Positions 30,026 through 40,600 of a DNA stretch of 64,000 nucleotides are shown in pieces. Source of the stretch: Candidatus Sericytochromatia bacterium (lineage in GTDB: Bacteria > Cyanobacteriota > Sericytochromatia > S15B-MN24 > JAQBPE01); contig JAYKHR010000066.1 in NCBI GenBank assembly GCA_035285125.1, forward strand, positions 64,001-128,000. Reading direction: 5' to 3'. Numbering within the stretch: the first letter of the stretch is position 1; every line of letters starts with the position of its first letter. The notes under the pieces were generated by a model, which worked only from the letters and a program-made list of their open reading frames with translations, did no database searches and was not told the DNA's origin. A program made the position numbers and the translations under genes.

Positions 30026-31119
30026 CTGGCGGCGATGGGCAGCTCGAAGAAGAAGACGCTGCCGCCCCCATCGCCATCGCGCACGGTGAGCAAGCCCCCC
30101 ATGGCCTGCACCGCCCGGTCGCAGAAGGCCAGGCCGAGCCCGTAGCCCTGGCGGCCTTCCTCCGACCGGCGGTCGACCTGGGCGTAGCGACCGAAGATGG
30201 TGGCCTTCATCTCGTCCGGGATGCCAGGCCCCGTGTCGTGCACCTCGACCTTGACGCGGCCCTGCCCAGCCTCCACGGCCAGTTGCACGCCACCCTCAGG
30301 CGTGAACTTCAACGCATTCGAGAGCAGGTTGTCCACCACGCGCTTCAGCAGCGACGGGTCGGCGTCGACCATCGGCACGTCAGGCGGCACCACCGCCGAC
30401 AGCGCGATGCCGCGCGAGGTCGCGAGGGGACGCAACACCGAAAGGCTGCGCTTGACGAGCACAGCCAGATCGACGGGCCGGGTGTCCGGCGTGAAGCCCT
30501 CTTCCTCGAGGCGGTTGGACTGGAGGAGGTCGTCGACGAGGCTCGCGACCTCCTCCACGGCGGTCAAAGCGTTCTGCAACATCGCATGGCGTGCATTGCT
30601 TTCGTCTTCCTGCCGCTTCAGCACCCCGAGGGTCAGGCGGATGCCGTCCAGGGGGGCGCGCATGTCGTGCACCAGCATCGAGGAGAAGTCACGGCGGAGG
30701 CGTTCCACCTCGCGCTCGGCAGCCGCCAGGCGCAGCGTGTTGCGGATGCGCACCACCAGTTCATCCATCTGAATCGGCTTGGTGAGGTACTCGGAGGCCC
30801 CGAGTTCCAGGCCGCGCGCAACCATGTCCGCCTCTTTGCGGTTGGCGGTCAGGATGATCACCGGGATGCGTGCCGTGCGAGGGTTCCGACGCAGACGTTC
30901 CAGGACCTCGAAGCCGTCCATGCCAGGCATCGCGAGGTCGAGCAGGATCAGCTCAGGGTGATTCTCCGCGGCGATCGACAGCCCCGTGGGGCCGTCATAG
31001 GCCGTTAGCACTTGAAAGCCGCGGGCGTCGAGGATGGCCTCGAGCAGGGCGACGTTGTCGTCCTGGTCGTCCACGACGAGGATCTTGCCCGCGTCGGGCA
31101 GCAAGCCAAGGTTGCTCAT
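30022..31119 (-). CDS. Hybrid histidine kinase (REC-HisKA-HATPase)
   Basis: VVDD, LDLAMPGMDG, KP, H-box HDMRAPL, NLLSNALKF, DTGPGI, GYGLGL. Confidence 0.93.
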   Translation of the reverse strand: MSNLGLLPDAGKILVVDDQDDNVALLEAILDARGFQVLTAYDGPTGLSIAAENHPELILLDLAMPGMDGFEVLERLRRNPRTARIPVIILTANRKEADMVARGLELGASEYLTKPIQMDELVVRIRNTLRLAAAEREVERLRRDFSSMLVHDMRAPLDGIRLTLGVLKRQEDESNARHAMLQNALTAVEEVASLVDDLLQSNRLEEEGFTPDTRPVDLAVLVKRSLSVLRPLATSRGIALSAVVPPDVPMVDADPSLLKRVVDNLLSNALKFTPEGGVQLAVEAGQGRVKVEVHDTGPGIPDEMKATIFGRYAQVDRRSEEGRQGYGLGLAFCDRAVQAMGGLLTVRDGDGGGSVFFFELPIAAS

Positions 31120-31127
31120 CAAGCGTC

Positions 31128-31190
31128 ATTATAGCGTGAACGTCCGACCTCGGTCCGGCGTGGACACCAGCATGGCGGCCTCGCTATAAT
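31128..31190. promoter_or_regulatory. Back-to-back promoters of the two hybrid kinases
   Basis: CGCTATAAT on both strands (31128-31136 on -, 31182-31190 on +). The + strand has TGGACA-18nt-TATAAT. Confidence 0.7.
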
Positions 31191-31217
31191 CGGGGCCTTG
31201 CAGGGAAGGGTGTACGG

Positions 31218-33224
31218 GTGGCAGAGAATCAGCGGGAACACAAGCTGCAGCGGCTGGTCGAGGCCAGCATGCTCCTCCACCAGGAGCTGTCGCTGGAGGC
31301 CCTGCTTGGCAGGCTGGTCGACGCCACGGCCAGCCTGGTCGATGCCAAGTACGTGGCCCTGGTCTCCCTGAAGGACGACCACACCATAGACCGGTTCATC
31401 TACCGTGGCTTGACGCCCGAGCAAGTGGCTGCGATGCCGCACGTGCCCCACGGGAAGGGGTTGCTGGGGGCTTTGCTCACCGAGGGGCGGCCCCTGCGGC
31501 TCGCCGAGATGCGCTCCGACCCCCGCTCCATCGGCTTCCCGGAGGGGCACCCGCCCATGCACGGCTTCCTGGGCGTGCCCATCCTGTGGCGCGGCCGCGT
31601 GTTCGGCCGCCTTTACTGCACGGAAAAGCTCTCGGGCCCAGAGTTCACGGCCGAGGACGAGGAGATCGTCACGATGCTGGCCGCCCAGGCCGCCGTGGCC
31701 ATCGAGAACGCCGGCCTCTATGAACACGCCCGGGCGGCCAGCCGGCTCAAGAGCGAGTTCCTGGCCAACATGAGCCATGAGCTTCGAACGCCGATGAATG
31801 CCATCCTGGGCTTCACAGAGTTGGTGCACAACGGCATGCTGGGGCCCGTGACCGAAAAGCAGAAGGAGGGGCTCGGCAGGGTGCTGCGGAACGCGCGGAA
31901 CCTGCTGGACCTCATCAACGACGTGCTGGACCTCTCCAAGATCGAGGCGGGCAGGATGGAGGTGGCTGTCCAGAATTTCAACCCACGGGCGGTGGTCGAG
32001 GGCGTCGCTGCCACCATCGAGCCGCTGGCAGCCAAAAAGGGCCTCGAGATCCGGCTCGCACTGGCCGAGGCCCCCGAGGCCGTCGTGGGCGACGAGGGCA
32101 AGGTGCGCCAGATCGTCATGAACCTGGTGTCCAACGCCGTGAAGTTCACGGAGGCGGGGACCATCGTTCTCACGCTGGGGGTGCAGGAGGCCAACTGGAC
32201 GGTCGCCGTGAAAGACTCCGGCATCGGAATCGCGCCCGATCTCCACGGGCTCATCTTCGAGGAGTTCCGGCAGGTCGACGCGTCCAGCACGCGCAGCCGC
32301 GGCGGCACCGGGCTGGGGCTGGCGATATGCCAGAAGATGGCCAGGTTGATGGGGGGCTACGTGACCGTGGCCTCTACCCCGGGTTCAGGCAGCACCTTTA
32401 CGCTCCACCTGCCGATCGAGGCAGCATCCGCCACGCCCGTGGTCGAGCCGTCCCGGACAGGCCGATCCAGCGGGCGGGAGGGCGCATTGCTGCTGGCCAT
32501 CGACGACGACCCGGACGTGCTGGAGCTGCTGACCACCCGGCTTGCTGGGACCGAGTTCGAGGTCGTGACGGCGCTGGGCGGCGAGGTCGGGCTGCGGGAA
32601 GCGGAGCGGCTCAAGCCGGATGTCATCACGCTCGACGTCGTGATGCCGGGGTTCGACGGCTGGGAGGTGCTGCGGCGCCTGAAGGCCAACCCGGACCTTG
32701 CGGCCATCCCGGTCGTGATGATGAGCATCCTGGAGAACCGGGCGCTCTCGTTCAGCATGGGGGCTGCCGACTGCGTCGCCAAGCCGGTGGCCGGCGACCA
32801 CCTGCTGGAGGTGCTCAGGCGGTCGAGCGGCACCTCCGGCCCCGTCTCGGTGCTCGTGGTGGACGACGAGCCCGACGCCAGGCACCTCATCGGGCAGGTC
32901 CTGGAGGCTGCCGGGCACTCCTGGCGTGGCGCCTCCGACGGCGCGGAGGCGCTCGCCGCCATTCGGCAGGCGCGGCCGGAGCTCGTGGTGCTCGACCTGC
33001 TGATGCCCAACATGGATGGCTTCACCGTGCTGGAGACCCTCGCCGCCGATGCCTCCCTGCGCTCGATCCCCGTCGTCGTCGTGTCGGCCATGGCGCTGTC
33101 CGCCGAGGACGAGGCGCGGCTCGAGCGGGGCGCGCGGTGTATCCTGTCCAAGGCGTCGTTCACGCCAGATGAGCTGATCGCCGAACTTCAGATCCACCTC
33201 GGCGCGAGAAAGGCTCACCCGTGA
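31218..33224 (+). CDS. Hybrid sensor kinase GAF-HisKA-HATPase-REC-REC
   Basis: GAF with GFPEGHPPMHGFLGVPI, MSHELRTPMN, NAVKF, GGTGLGL, and two receiver domains. Confidence 0.95.
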   Translation: MAENQREHKLQRLVEASMLLHQELSLEALLGRLVDATASLVDAKYVALVSLKDDHTIDRFIYRGLTPEQVAAMPHVPHGKGLLGALLTEGRPLRLAEMRSDPRSIGFPEGHPPMHGFLGVPILWRGRVFGRLYCTEKLSGPEFTAEDEEIVTMLAAQAAVAIENAGLYEHARAASRLKSEFLANMSHELRTPMNAILGFTELVHNGMLGPVTEKQKEGLGRVLRNARNLLDLINDVLDLSKIEAGRMEVAVQNFNPRAVVEGVAATIEPLAAKKGLEIRLALAEAPEAVVGDEGKVRQIVMNLVSNAVKFTEAGTIVLTLGVQEANWTVAVKDSGIGIAPDLHGLIFEEFRQVDASSTRSRGGTGLGLAICQKMARLMGGYVTVASTPGSGSTFTLHLPIEAASATPVVEPSRTGRSSGREGALLLAIDDDPDVLELLTTRLAGTEFEVVTALGGEVGLREAERLKPDVITLDVVMPGFDGWEVLRRLKANPDLAAIPVVMMSILENRALSFSMGAADCVAKPVAGDHLLEVLRRSSGTSGPVSVLVVDDEPDARHLIGQVLEAAGHSWRGASDGAEALAAIRQARPELVVLDLLMPNMDGFTVLETLAADASLRSIPVVVVSAMALSAEDEARLERGARCILSKASFTPDELIAELQIHLGARKAHP

Positions 33225-33586
33225 AGTGCATCCTGCTGGTGGAGGACGTCGAGGACAACCGGGAGCTGGCCCGCCTGCTGCTGGAGTGCGAGGGTTACGA
33301 GGTCGTTGAGGCGCACAACGGGCGCGAGGCCGTGGAGGCCGTCCGCGCCAGGACCTTCGACCTGGTGCTGATGGACCTGTCATTGCCAGAGATGGACGGA
33401 TGGGAGGCCACGCGCCTGATCCAGGGGATGGCCGATCGTCCAGGGTTGCCCATCGTGGCCGTGACGGCCCATGCCATGTCCGGAGACCGCGAACGGGTCA
33501 TGGCGGCGGGCTTTTGCGGCTACGTGTCCAAGCCCCTCGACGTGGGTTCGTTCGCCGGCCAGGTGCGCGGCTACCTCGGGGCCTGA
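33221..33586 (+). CDS. Single-domain response regulator
   Basis: VED, MDLSLPEMDG, TAHAM, KP. GTGA overlap with the kinase. Confidence 0.93.
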   Translation: MKCILLVEDVEDNRELARLLLECEGYEVVEAHNGREAVEAVRARTFDLVLMDLSLPEMDGWEATRLIQGMADRPGLPIVAVTAHAMSGDRERVMAAGFCGYVSKPLDVGSFAGQVRGYLGA

Positions 33587-33837
33587 GGTCCGCCACGCCC
33601 CGCGGCATTGGCATGTTGCACGACGGTTCAGGTAGTCCCTACTGACGACCTCCTCCACGGTTTGGGGCTACGTTTGCAACCGGGTCCGTCCGTGGGCGGT
33701 TCGGCTGCCGTGGAGGCCTCGGCGGGCGACAAACCTAGTCCTTGCCCGGGCCTCCCGCAGACCACGCAGACGGCCCGTTGGCGCTGATGGCCGTGGTGGA
33801 CGGCGGTCTCCCTCTGGACGGGAAGGTGAACACAGAG

Positions 33838-35163
33838 ATGTCCGAGTTTTGGCGTTCGCGGGCTCTGGAGGCCGCCGAGGTCGTCAGCCTGGTGCGAGAC
33901 GGCGACCGCGTCTTCCTGCACGGCGGCTGCGCCGTGGCCCTGCCGCTGGAGGCCGCGCTGGCGCAGCGGGCCCGACAGCTGGCCGATATCGTCGTCTATC
34001 AGATGCACAAGGAGGGAGAGGAGGCCCTGCTTGACCCGGCGCTGGCCGGGCGGGTCCGCGTGGTCTCCATGTTCTGTGGCGCGCAGGCCCGTGCCGCCGT
34101 CAACGCCGGGCTCGCCGACTTCATGCCCGTGTTTCTCTCAGAAATCCCGCACCTGATGCGCCACCGGGCCATTCCCATCGACGTGGCCGTGGTCCAGCTC
34201 TCGATGCCCGACGCCCACGGCTGGTGCTCGCTCGGCACGTCGGTGGACGTCGCCCACCAGGCCGTGGCCTCGGCAAGGGTCGTCCTCGCCGAGCTCAACG
34301 CGCAGGTGCCGCGCACCCACGGCGACAGCCTCATCCACGTGGACGACCTGGATGCCTTCATCGTGACGGACCGGCCGCTGCTGGAGGTCGCCCCCAGGCC
34401 CCTCGACGACGTCTCGCTGGCGATCGGGCGCCACATCGCTGACCTGGTCGACGACGGAGCCACGCTGCAGGTTGGCATCGGCGCGATCCCGGACGCCGCG
34501 CTGGCGGCCATGGGCAACAAGCAGGATCTCGGGGTGCACACCGAGATGTTCTCCGATGGCCTTGTGACGCTCCTGCAGCGCGGGGTAATCACCAACGCCC
34601 GCAAGGCGCTGGCCCCGGGCAGAACGGTCACGAGCTTCGTCATCGGCACCCGCAAGACCTACGACTTTGTCCACGACAACCCGGCCGTGGTGTTCCATCC
34701 GTCGGACGTGGTGAACGACACGGCCCTCATTCGCCAACACGCCCGCATGACGGCCATCAACTGCGCGATCGAGGTCGACCTCACGGGCCAGGTCTGCGCC
34801 GACTCGATCGGGGAGTCGATCTACAGCGGCATCGGCGGCCAGATGGATTTCATTCGCGGTGCCGCCATCGCGCCGGCGGGCAAGGCCATCATCGCCTTGC
34901 CCGCCACCGCCAAGGGCGGCAACGTCAGCCGCATCACCCCCACCCTCGCGGCGGGCGCAGGCGTTGTAACCACTAGGGGCCACGTCCAGTATGTCGTCAC
35001 GGAGCACGGCGTGGCCCAACTCATGGGCAAGACGCTGCGTGAGCGGGCTGAGGCCCTGCTCGCCATCGCCCACCCCGACCACCGGCCTGCGCTGCGGGCG
35101 GCGATCGTCGCCCGCAGGCAGTTTGGCCCACCGGCGGTCCCGCCTCAGGCTGCGGAGGCCTGA
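33838..35163 (+). CDS. Acetyl-CoA hydrolase/transferase (4-hydroxybutyrate CoA-transferase-like)
   Basis: SLGTSVD, TLQVGIGAIPDA, GVHTEMFSDG, SGIGGQMDF, VTEHGVA, IAHPDHR. Confidence 0.92.
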   Translation: MSEFWRSRALEAAEVVSLVRDGDRVFLHGGCAVALPLEAALAQRARQLADIVVYQMHKEGEEALLDPALAGRVRVVSMFCGAQARAAVNAGLADFMPVFLSEIPHLMRHRAIPIDVAVVQLSMPDAHGWCSLGTSVDVAHQAVASARVVLAELNAQVPRTHGDSLIHVDDLDAFIVTDRPLLEVAPRPLDDVSLAIGRHIADLVDDGATLQVGIGAIPDAALAAMGNKQDLGVHTEMFSDGLVTLLQRGVITNARKALAPGRTVTSFVIGTRKTYDFVHDNPAVVFHPSDVVNDTALIRQHARMTAINCAIEVDLTGQVCADSIGESIYSGIGGQMDFIRGAAIAPAGKAIIALPATAKGGNVSRITPTLAAGAGVVTTRGHVQYVVTEHGVAQLMGKTLRERAEALLAIAHPDHRPALRAAIVARRQFGPPAVPPQAAEA

Positions 35164-35504
35164 TCGAACATCAGCAGGGTCTTGGTGTGCCCCTCGTCCT
35201 CGATGTCGAGCGCGTGCAGTGCCCCCTCGGCGTCCTCCTCCAGGAAGACGTGGGCTGGCCGGGCCACCACGTGGATGAACGGCATCGTATCAGGGTCCTC
35301 GGGCGCCGTCGTGATGGCGATGGTGGCGGGCCGGCCAGCCTGGCTCGAGACCTCCAGCCCGATGAGGGGCAGGTGCGTCACGAGGCGCTGGGCCCCCACA
35401 TCTGGCGCCAGCACGTCGACCGTGACGTGGCGGGTGATGGCCCCCTCACACACCCGGTTCAGTGTGGTTTCCCACTCAGCCTGTGGCACCTCGCGCGTGG
35501 TCAT
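35145..35504 (-). CDS. Small protein resembling the DUF5335 family
   Basis: MTTREVPQAEW..., GAQ...LPLIG, HVVARP. Strong AAGGAGGAGG SD. Confidence 0.7.
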   Translation of the reverse strand: MTTREVPQAEWETTLNRVCEGAITRHVTVDVLAPDVGAQRLVTHLPLIGLEVSSQAGRPATIAITTAPEDPDTMPFIHVVARPAHVFLEEDAEGALHALDIEDEGHTKTLLMFDQASAA

Positions 35505-35602
35505 GCCAACCTCCTCCTTCTCGACGGTTTCCAAGCCGCCCCCACCTTGCCGCACCCGAGAGGGGGCGACAAGCTTCGAGCGGCCGTGACCCTTTCGGGC
35601 CG

Positions 35603-37408
35603 TCAGGCCGGTGGAGTGGCTGGCGGCACCAGGTTCGCGCGCAGCACCTTGCCCTTGTAGGACAGGCCGGAGAGGCGCTCGACGACGCGGGGGGCGTCGG
35701 CGTCTCGGACGTCGAAGAAGGAGAAGAACGGGTGCAGGGCGATGGCGCCGATGGCCTCACCCCGGATCTCAGCCAACCCGCAGACAAGTTTGACCAGCCC
35801 GCCCCGGGTCAGGCCGTGGGCCTTCCCCTGGCTGAGCCAGACCCGGGTAAATCCGGGCTCATGGTGCTCGCTGAGCCGCCGGCGAGGGGCAGGATAGCCT
35901 GCGTCTTCGCCACCGGCCGCGGAACCGCCTTCCGGCCCTGCTGCGGGCGCTTGCGCGCGCCCGAAGCCGGAGACAGGCACCCTTCCGGGGGCGGGCCCGC
36001 CGGGGCGGCCCCCAGCGGTCACGCCGCGCGGGGGGCCAACTTCCGGCCGCGGCCGGGCCACCCGCTCGGGCCGGCGGGGCACGGGAATGTCCGACCCAGC
36101 CGTCAGGGCGATCCGGGCCGTAGCGTGCTCGGCGAGCAGCGCCGCGACGAGATCCAGCGGCTCCAGGTAGCCCAACAGCTCGCGTGAGAGGGTTGCGACG
36201 TCAGGCTCCACGCCCGCCGACACGCGTTCCACCAGGTTCTCGTGGAGCCTCTCCCGCAGGCGCTTGCGGACCTCGGCGGCCTGCGGCAAGAGCCGCAGCG
36301 CCACGGGCACCCCGGCATTCTCCAGCATCCGACGGAACCGTCCGGCGTCCCGCGGCGCGACGAAGGTGACGGCCTCGCCCTTGGCGCCGGCTCGGCCCGT
36401 CCGTCCCACCCGGTGGATGTAAGACTCGGGGTCGCGCGGGACGCCGAGGTTGTAGACGTGCGTCACGCCCTTCACGTCGATGCCGCGGGCTGCGACGTCG
36501 GTGGCGACGAGGACGTCCAGGGCGCCACGGCGGAACGCGCCCAACGTGCGGGACCGCGCTTCCTGCGGGAGGTCACCGTTGAGGTGGGCGGCCTCGAAGC
36601 CCTCCTCGCGCAGGCGCTCGGCGAGTTGCTCGGTCTCCGCCTTGGTGTGGCAAAAGACGATGGCCAGGGCCGGGTGGTCGGCGTGGAGGACGTTCACAAG
36701 GGCCTCTTCCTTGTGTTCGGCCAGCACCTCGTAGGCGACGTGCGTGATGTCGGGGGCCGCCTTGCCGCCCTCGGAGAGCTCGATCCGGACGGGGTCGCGC
36801 AGGGTCCGCGTCGCGAGCTCTGCCGTGCCTGGCGCCAGCGTGGCCGAAAACATCAGCGTCTGGCGCTCGGCGGGCAGGGCGGACACGATGCGGTCGAGTT
36901 CCTCCGCGAAGCCCATGTCGAGCATCTCATCGGCCTCGTCAAGCACGAGGGTGCGACAGCTGCCGAGGTCGAGCCGCCCCCGCTCCAGGTGGTCCACCAG
37001 CCTTCCGGGCGTGCCCACGACCAGGCGGGCCCCACGGCCAATGGCCCGCAGCTGATCCCGGTACGCGCCACCGCCGTACAATGCAGCCACCTCGATCCCG
37101 AGCGGGCGCCCCATACGCCCGAGGGCTGAGGCGACCTGCATCGCGAGCTCCCGGGTGGGAAGGATCACGAGCGCCTTGGCGGCATCCGACTGCCCGGCCG
37201 TGGCAGCAAGCCGCTGCAGGATGGGCAGCCCGAAGGCCAGGGTCTTGCCCGTGCCGGTGCGCGACTGGACGAGCAGGTCGCGCCCGGTGAGCACGGCCGG
37301 GTAGCTCTGAGCCTGCACGGGGGTGGCCTGCTCGAAGCCCTGGTCTTGCAGGCCAGCGAGCAGATCGGGGTGAAGGTCCCAGCCGGCGAAGGCCGTGGTG
37401 AAGGTCAT
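35603..37408 (-). CDS. DEAD-box RNA helicase with C-terminal DbpA domain (DeaD/CsdA-like)
   Basis: TGTGKT, PTRELA, TPGR, DEAD, SAT, ARGID, HRVGRTGR, and a DbpA-type C-terminus. Confidence 0.95.
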   Translation of the reverse strand: MTFTTAFAGWDLHPDLLAGLQDQGFEQATPVQAQSYPAVLTGRDLLVQSRTGTGKTLAFGLPILQRLAATAGQSDAAKALVILPTRELAMQVASALGRMGRPLGIEVAALYGGGAYRDQLRAIGRGARLVVGTPGRLVDHLERGRLDLGSCRTLVLDEADEMLDMGFAEELDRIVSALPAERQTLMFSATLAPGTAELATRTLRDPVRIELSEGGKAAPDITHVAYEVLAEHKEEALVNVLHADHPALAIVFCHTKAETEQLAERLREEGFEAAHLNGDLPQEARSRTLGAFRRGALDVLVATDVAARGIDVKGVTHVYNLGVPRDPESYIHRVGRTGRAGAKGEAVTFVAPRDAGRFRRMLENAGVPVALRLLPQAAEVRKRLRERLHENLVERVSAGVEPDVATLSRELLGYLEPLDLVAALLAEHATARIALTAGSDIPVPRRPERVARPRPEVGPPRGVTAGGRPGGPAPGRVPVSGFGRAQAPAAGPEGGSAAGGEDAGYPAPRRRLSEHHEPGFTRVWLSQGKAHGLTRGGLVKLVCGLAEIRGEAIGAIALHPFFSFFDVRDADAPRVVERLSGLSYKGKVLRANLVPPATPPA

Positions 37409-37444
37409 AAAAAAACAGGTCCTCTTTATAAAAACCCAAGACGA

Positions 37445-37472
37445 AGCCCCGGCCTCTTAAGAGACCGGGGCT
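37445..37472 (-). terminator. Hairpin after tRNA-Arg(ACG)
   Basis: On - strand: AGCCCCGGTCTC-TTAA-GAGGCCGGGGCT followed by a T-rich tract. Confidence 0.7.
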
Positions 37473-37481
37473 CTGGTCAGG

Positions 37482-37555
37482 CGCGCCCACCAAGACTCGA
37501 ACTTGGGACCTTTTGATTCGTAGTCAAACGCTCTATCCAACTGAGCTATGGGCGC
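37482..37555 (-). tRNA. tRNA-Arg(ACG)
   Basis: GCGCCCATAGCTCAGTTGGATAGAGCGTTTGACT-ACG-AATCAAAAGGTCCCAAGTTCGAGTCTTGGTGGGCGCG. CCA not fully encoded. Confidence 0.95.
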
Positions 37556-37566
37556 TGACGAAAGGA

Positions 37567-37595
37567 ATCCTACCAGGTCCGTCTGGGAACCGCAA
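37567..37595 (-). promoter_or_regulatory. sigma70 promoter of tRNA-Arg(ACG)
   Basis: TTGCGG-17nt-TAGGAT with extended TGn. Confidence 0.7.
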
Positions 37596-37603
37596 GCATG
37601 TCG

Positions 37604-40600
37604 TCAGAGCTTGTTGAGGCCGAAGGGCATTCCCTTCGGGCCCGGGGGAGGTGCCGAGCGTCGTTTGGCGATGCTGAACTCGATGTAGTTCCCTTGGAAC
37701 ACCCGCTGACGCTCAGCCGGGTTGAAGAACTGGCGGCTGGCGGACTCATCGAGGCCAGCCACCAGCGACTGGACGATCTGCTTGGCCCTGCCGGCGACGG
37801 CCTTGGCGTTCTCCGCGTAGGGGCGAGACGCCGCGACCCCGAAGCTCCCCATCGCCTCGAGCAGCCTGGCCCCCATCGCCTCGGCCTCCTTCACCATAGC
37901 GGCGAAGGAGTTCAGCGACTCGACGTCTCCCAGGGCGATCTGGGCCTCGCCGATCAGGCCCAACAGCTCGGTTGCCTGCACCCGCATCCCAAGGCGATTG
38001 GCCATTTCGAGCGTCTCGCGGCCGAGCTGCAGGGCCTCCTCGTAGGCCTCTGCCCGCAGGGCGAGCCAGACGCACCGCTTGCGGACCTTCACCTGCAAGC
38101 CCTGCGCCCGGTCGCGCAGGGCGAGCCTCATCGCCTCGTCGAGGTCGCTGCGGGCCCCCACGAGATCGCCAAGCTGCGCCCGCGCCTCCCCGAGCATGGC
38201 CAGCACGTGGCCCTCCGGCTCCGTGTTGCCCGTCGACTGCAAGAGCAGCCGCAGGCCCTCCGCCACGTCGCGGGCCTCCTGAGCCCGCCCGAGGTTCAGC
38301 AGGAGGGCGACGCGGTGCTCCAAGACCCGGGCCTCCAGCATCTTGTTGTTGCTGGCGCTAAACAGCCGCACGGCCTCGGTCATGGCCCGGCCCGCGTCGA
38401 AAAGGCGGCCCATCAGGGCCAGGCCGGGCGCCCGGAACGTCACGGCAAGGGCGTGGACCAGGCCCAGGTTGGCCTCGCTGGCGATGCCGCCGGCAGCCTC
38501 GACCTCCGACAGGCCCATCTCCAGGTTGCCGAGTTCATAGGCGGTGATAGCCAGGTTGAGGCGCGCGAAGGCCTCCTCCTCGCGCAGCCCCAGCTCGAAG
38601 CAGGTGTTGAGGTTCGCCACGAAGGCCTGATCGGCTTTGCGGAACTCACCCAGCCGATAGCACGCGGCACCCAGGAGGTTGAAGGCGTTCTGGAGGCCGA
38701 CCTTGTGCCCGAGCTCCGTCAGGATGCCAATGGCCTCCTCGAGGTGCGCAACGCCCTCCTCGGTCTTTTCCGGCAGTGCCGCGACGTGAAGGTGCCCCGA
38801 GAACGCGAGCGCCTCGGCCACCGTGGCCCGGTCCTCCGTCTCCCGGGCGAGCGATAGCGCCTGTTGAATCTGGGCGAGCGCCTGGGGGATGTCGCCAAGC
38901 ATGTACCGCAACGCGGCCGAGGTGTGGTAGCTCCGCGCCGCGGACTCCTTGTCACCCGCGGCCAGCGACACCGCAAGGCTCTTCTCGCAACAGGCGACGG
39001 CCTCCGCCAGGTTGTCCTCGCTGGTGTAGCAGTCCGCCAGCGCGGTGAGCATCCGGGCCTGGTAGACAGAGGCCCCCACCTTGGCAGCCAGCGGGATGGC
39101 CTGGGTGTAGCAATCCCTGGCGCCTGCGGTGTTGCCGGAGAGCCGCCGGGTGTCCCCGAGCACGCGCAGCGCGAGCAGCCGTGGCTTGTCCCAGCGTGCG
39201 TCGCTGTCCGCCTTGAGGAGCGAGAGCGCGACGGCCAGGTAGCGCTCTGCCTCTCGGGTCGCGAACAGGGCGGCGCTCCTGCGGCCCACCTCGATGGCAA
39301 AGGTCACGATCTTGTCAGGTCGGCAGCCCACGATGTAGTGGTCCGCCACGGCCTTCACCAGCTCGAACGGCGCCTCGCGAAGCTTGGTGCGGCCGATGCG
39401 TTTCTCCAGCGACAGCGCGACCTTGGCATGCATGGCCGTGCGGTGCTCGGGCGTGAAGCTCTCGTAGACCACGTCCTTGAACAGCGCCTGAGCCCAGGCC
39501 GGCTTGTGATCGTCGCCCTGCACCCAGACGCCCTGACGCAGCAGGGCGTCGATGGCATCGAGCAGGCGGTCGTCCGAGAAGCCCGTGACCTCCTTCACCA
39601 CCTCGAGGTCGAACGACCAGCCCAACACGGCGCCCAGGCGCGCCACCAGAATGGCGTCCTCGGGCAGCTCGGCGAGCTTGCGCAGCAGCAGGCCCTGAAG
39701 ATCGCGTGGCATGCTGGAGGGGTCCGGCACCAGGCTCGTGTCCCAGCCCTGCTGCCCCGGCGTGAGCACGCCCTGGCGCACAAGGTGGTCCAGCAGCCTC
39801 TGCACGTGGAATGGGTTGCCCTCCGCCATCTGCGCGACCGTCTTCAGAAACGGCGCCGACACTCGCTCCTGGCTGAGCACGGCGTTCACGATGCGCGCGA
39901 CCGAAGCCGGGCCCAGCGGCTCCACGGGCAGCACCTCGCTGGCGCCCCACCAGTCCGGCAAGGTTTCGGGCTGCGAGCGCAAGGCCAGCACGCGCAAGAC
40001 GGGCTGGCTGCCGATGTTGCGCTGCAGGTAGTCCAACAGCTGGACGGACAGGGGATCCGCGGCTTGCCAGTCTTCCAGTATGATCACATAGGGCCTGACG
40101 TAGGCCAGGGACGAGAGCAGGGAGTGAATGGCGCCTTGAAGCCGGAGGCGCTCCTGGCCAGCGTCGTCGAGCTCCTCTTTGCCCCCGGCCGGCGCGAGCT
40201 CGGGCAGCAGCGCCGACAGCAGAGGCGCCGCCGCGTCCAGTTGCTCGGGGATACACTCCCGCATCGTGGGGACGAGCGCCCGCAGGATCTCCCGGAAGGG
40301 GGCATAGGGGGTGCTGTCCTCGCCCCGCCCGGCCCCCGTGGCCACGGGCACCACGCCATCCACCTGGAGCGAGGCACGGAAGTCTCGGATGATGCGACTC
40401 TTGCCGATTCCCGGCGGGCCCTCCAGCACGAGGGTGCCCCCGCCTTCCCCGCGTGTGAGCCGCTCGAGAGCCGCCGTCAGCCGACCCGTTTGCGCCTCGC
40501 GACCGATCAGAGGCGGCGCCAGCAGGGTCCGGCTTGCCCGACCGGCCTCGAAGCCCAACGCGTTCAGGACGTCGCTCGTCGACTGGAAGCGTTCCTGCGG

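Noticed and set aside
33590..33835. Structured RNA or operator upstream of the CoA-transferase (CCTCCACGG/CCGTGGAGG pairing, TCAGGTAGTCCCTACTGA)
   Set aside because: It matches no riboswitch I can recognise, and the palindrome is imperfect and not clearly repeated.
19691..37555. tadA and its substrate tRNA-Arg(ACG) in the same window
   Set aside because: They are 17 kb apart in unrelated transcription units, so this is probably coincidental.
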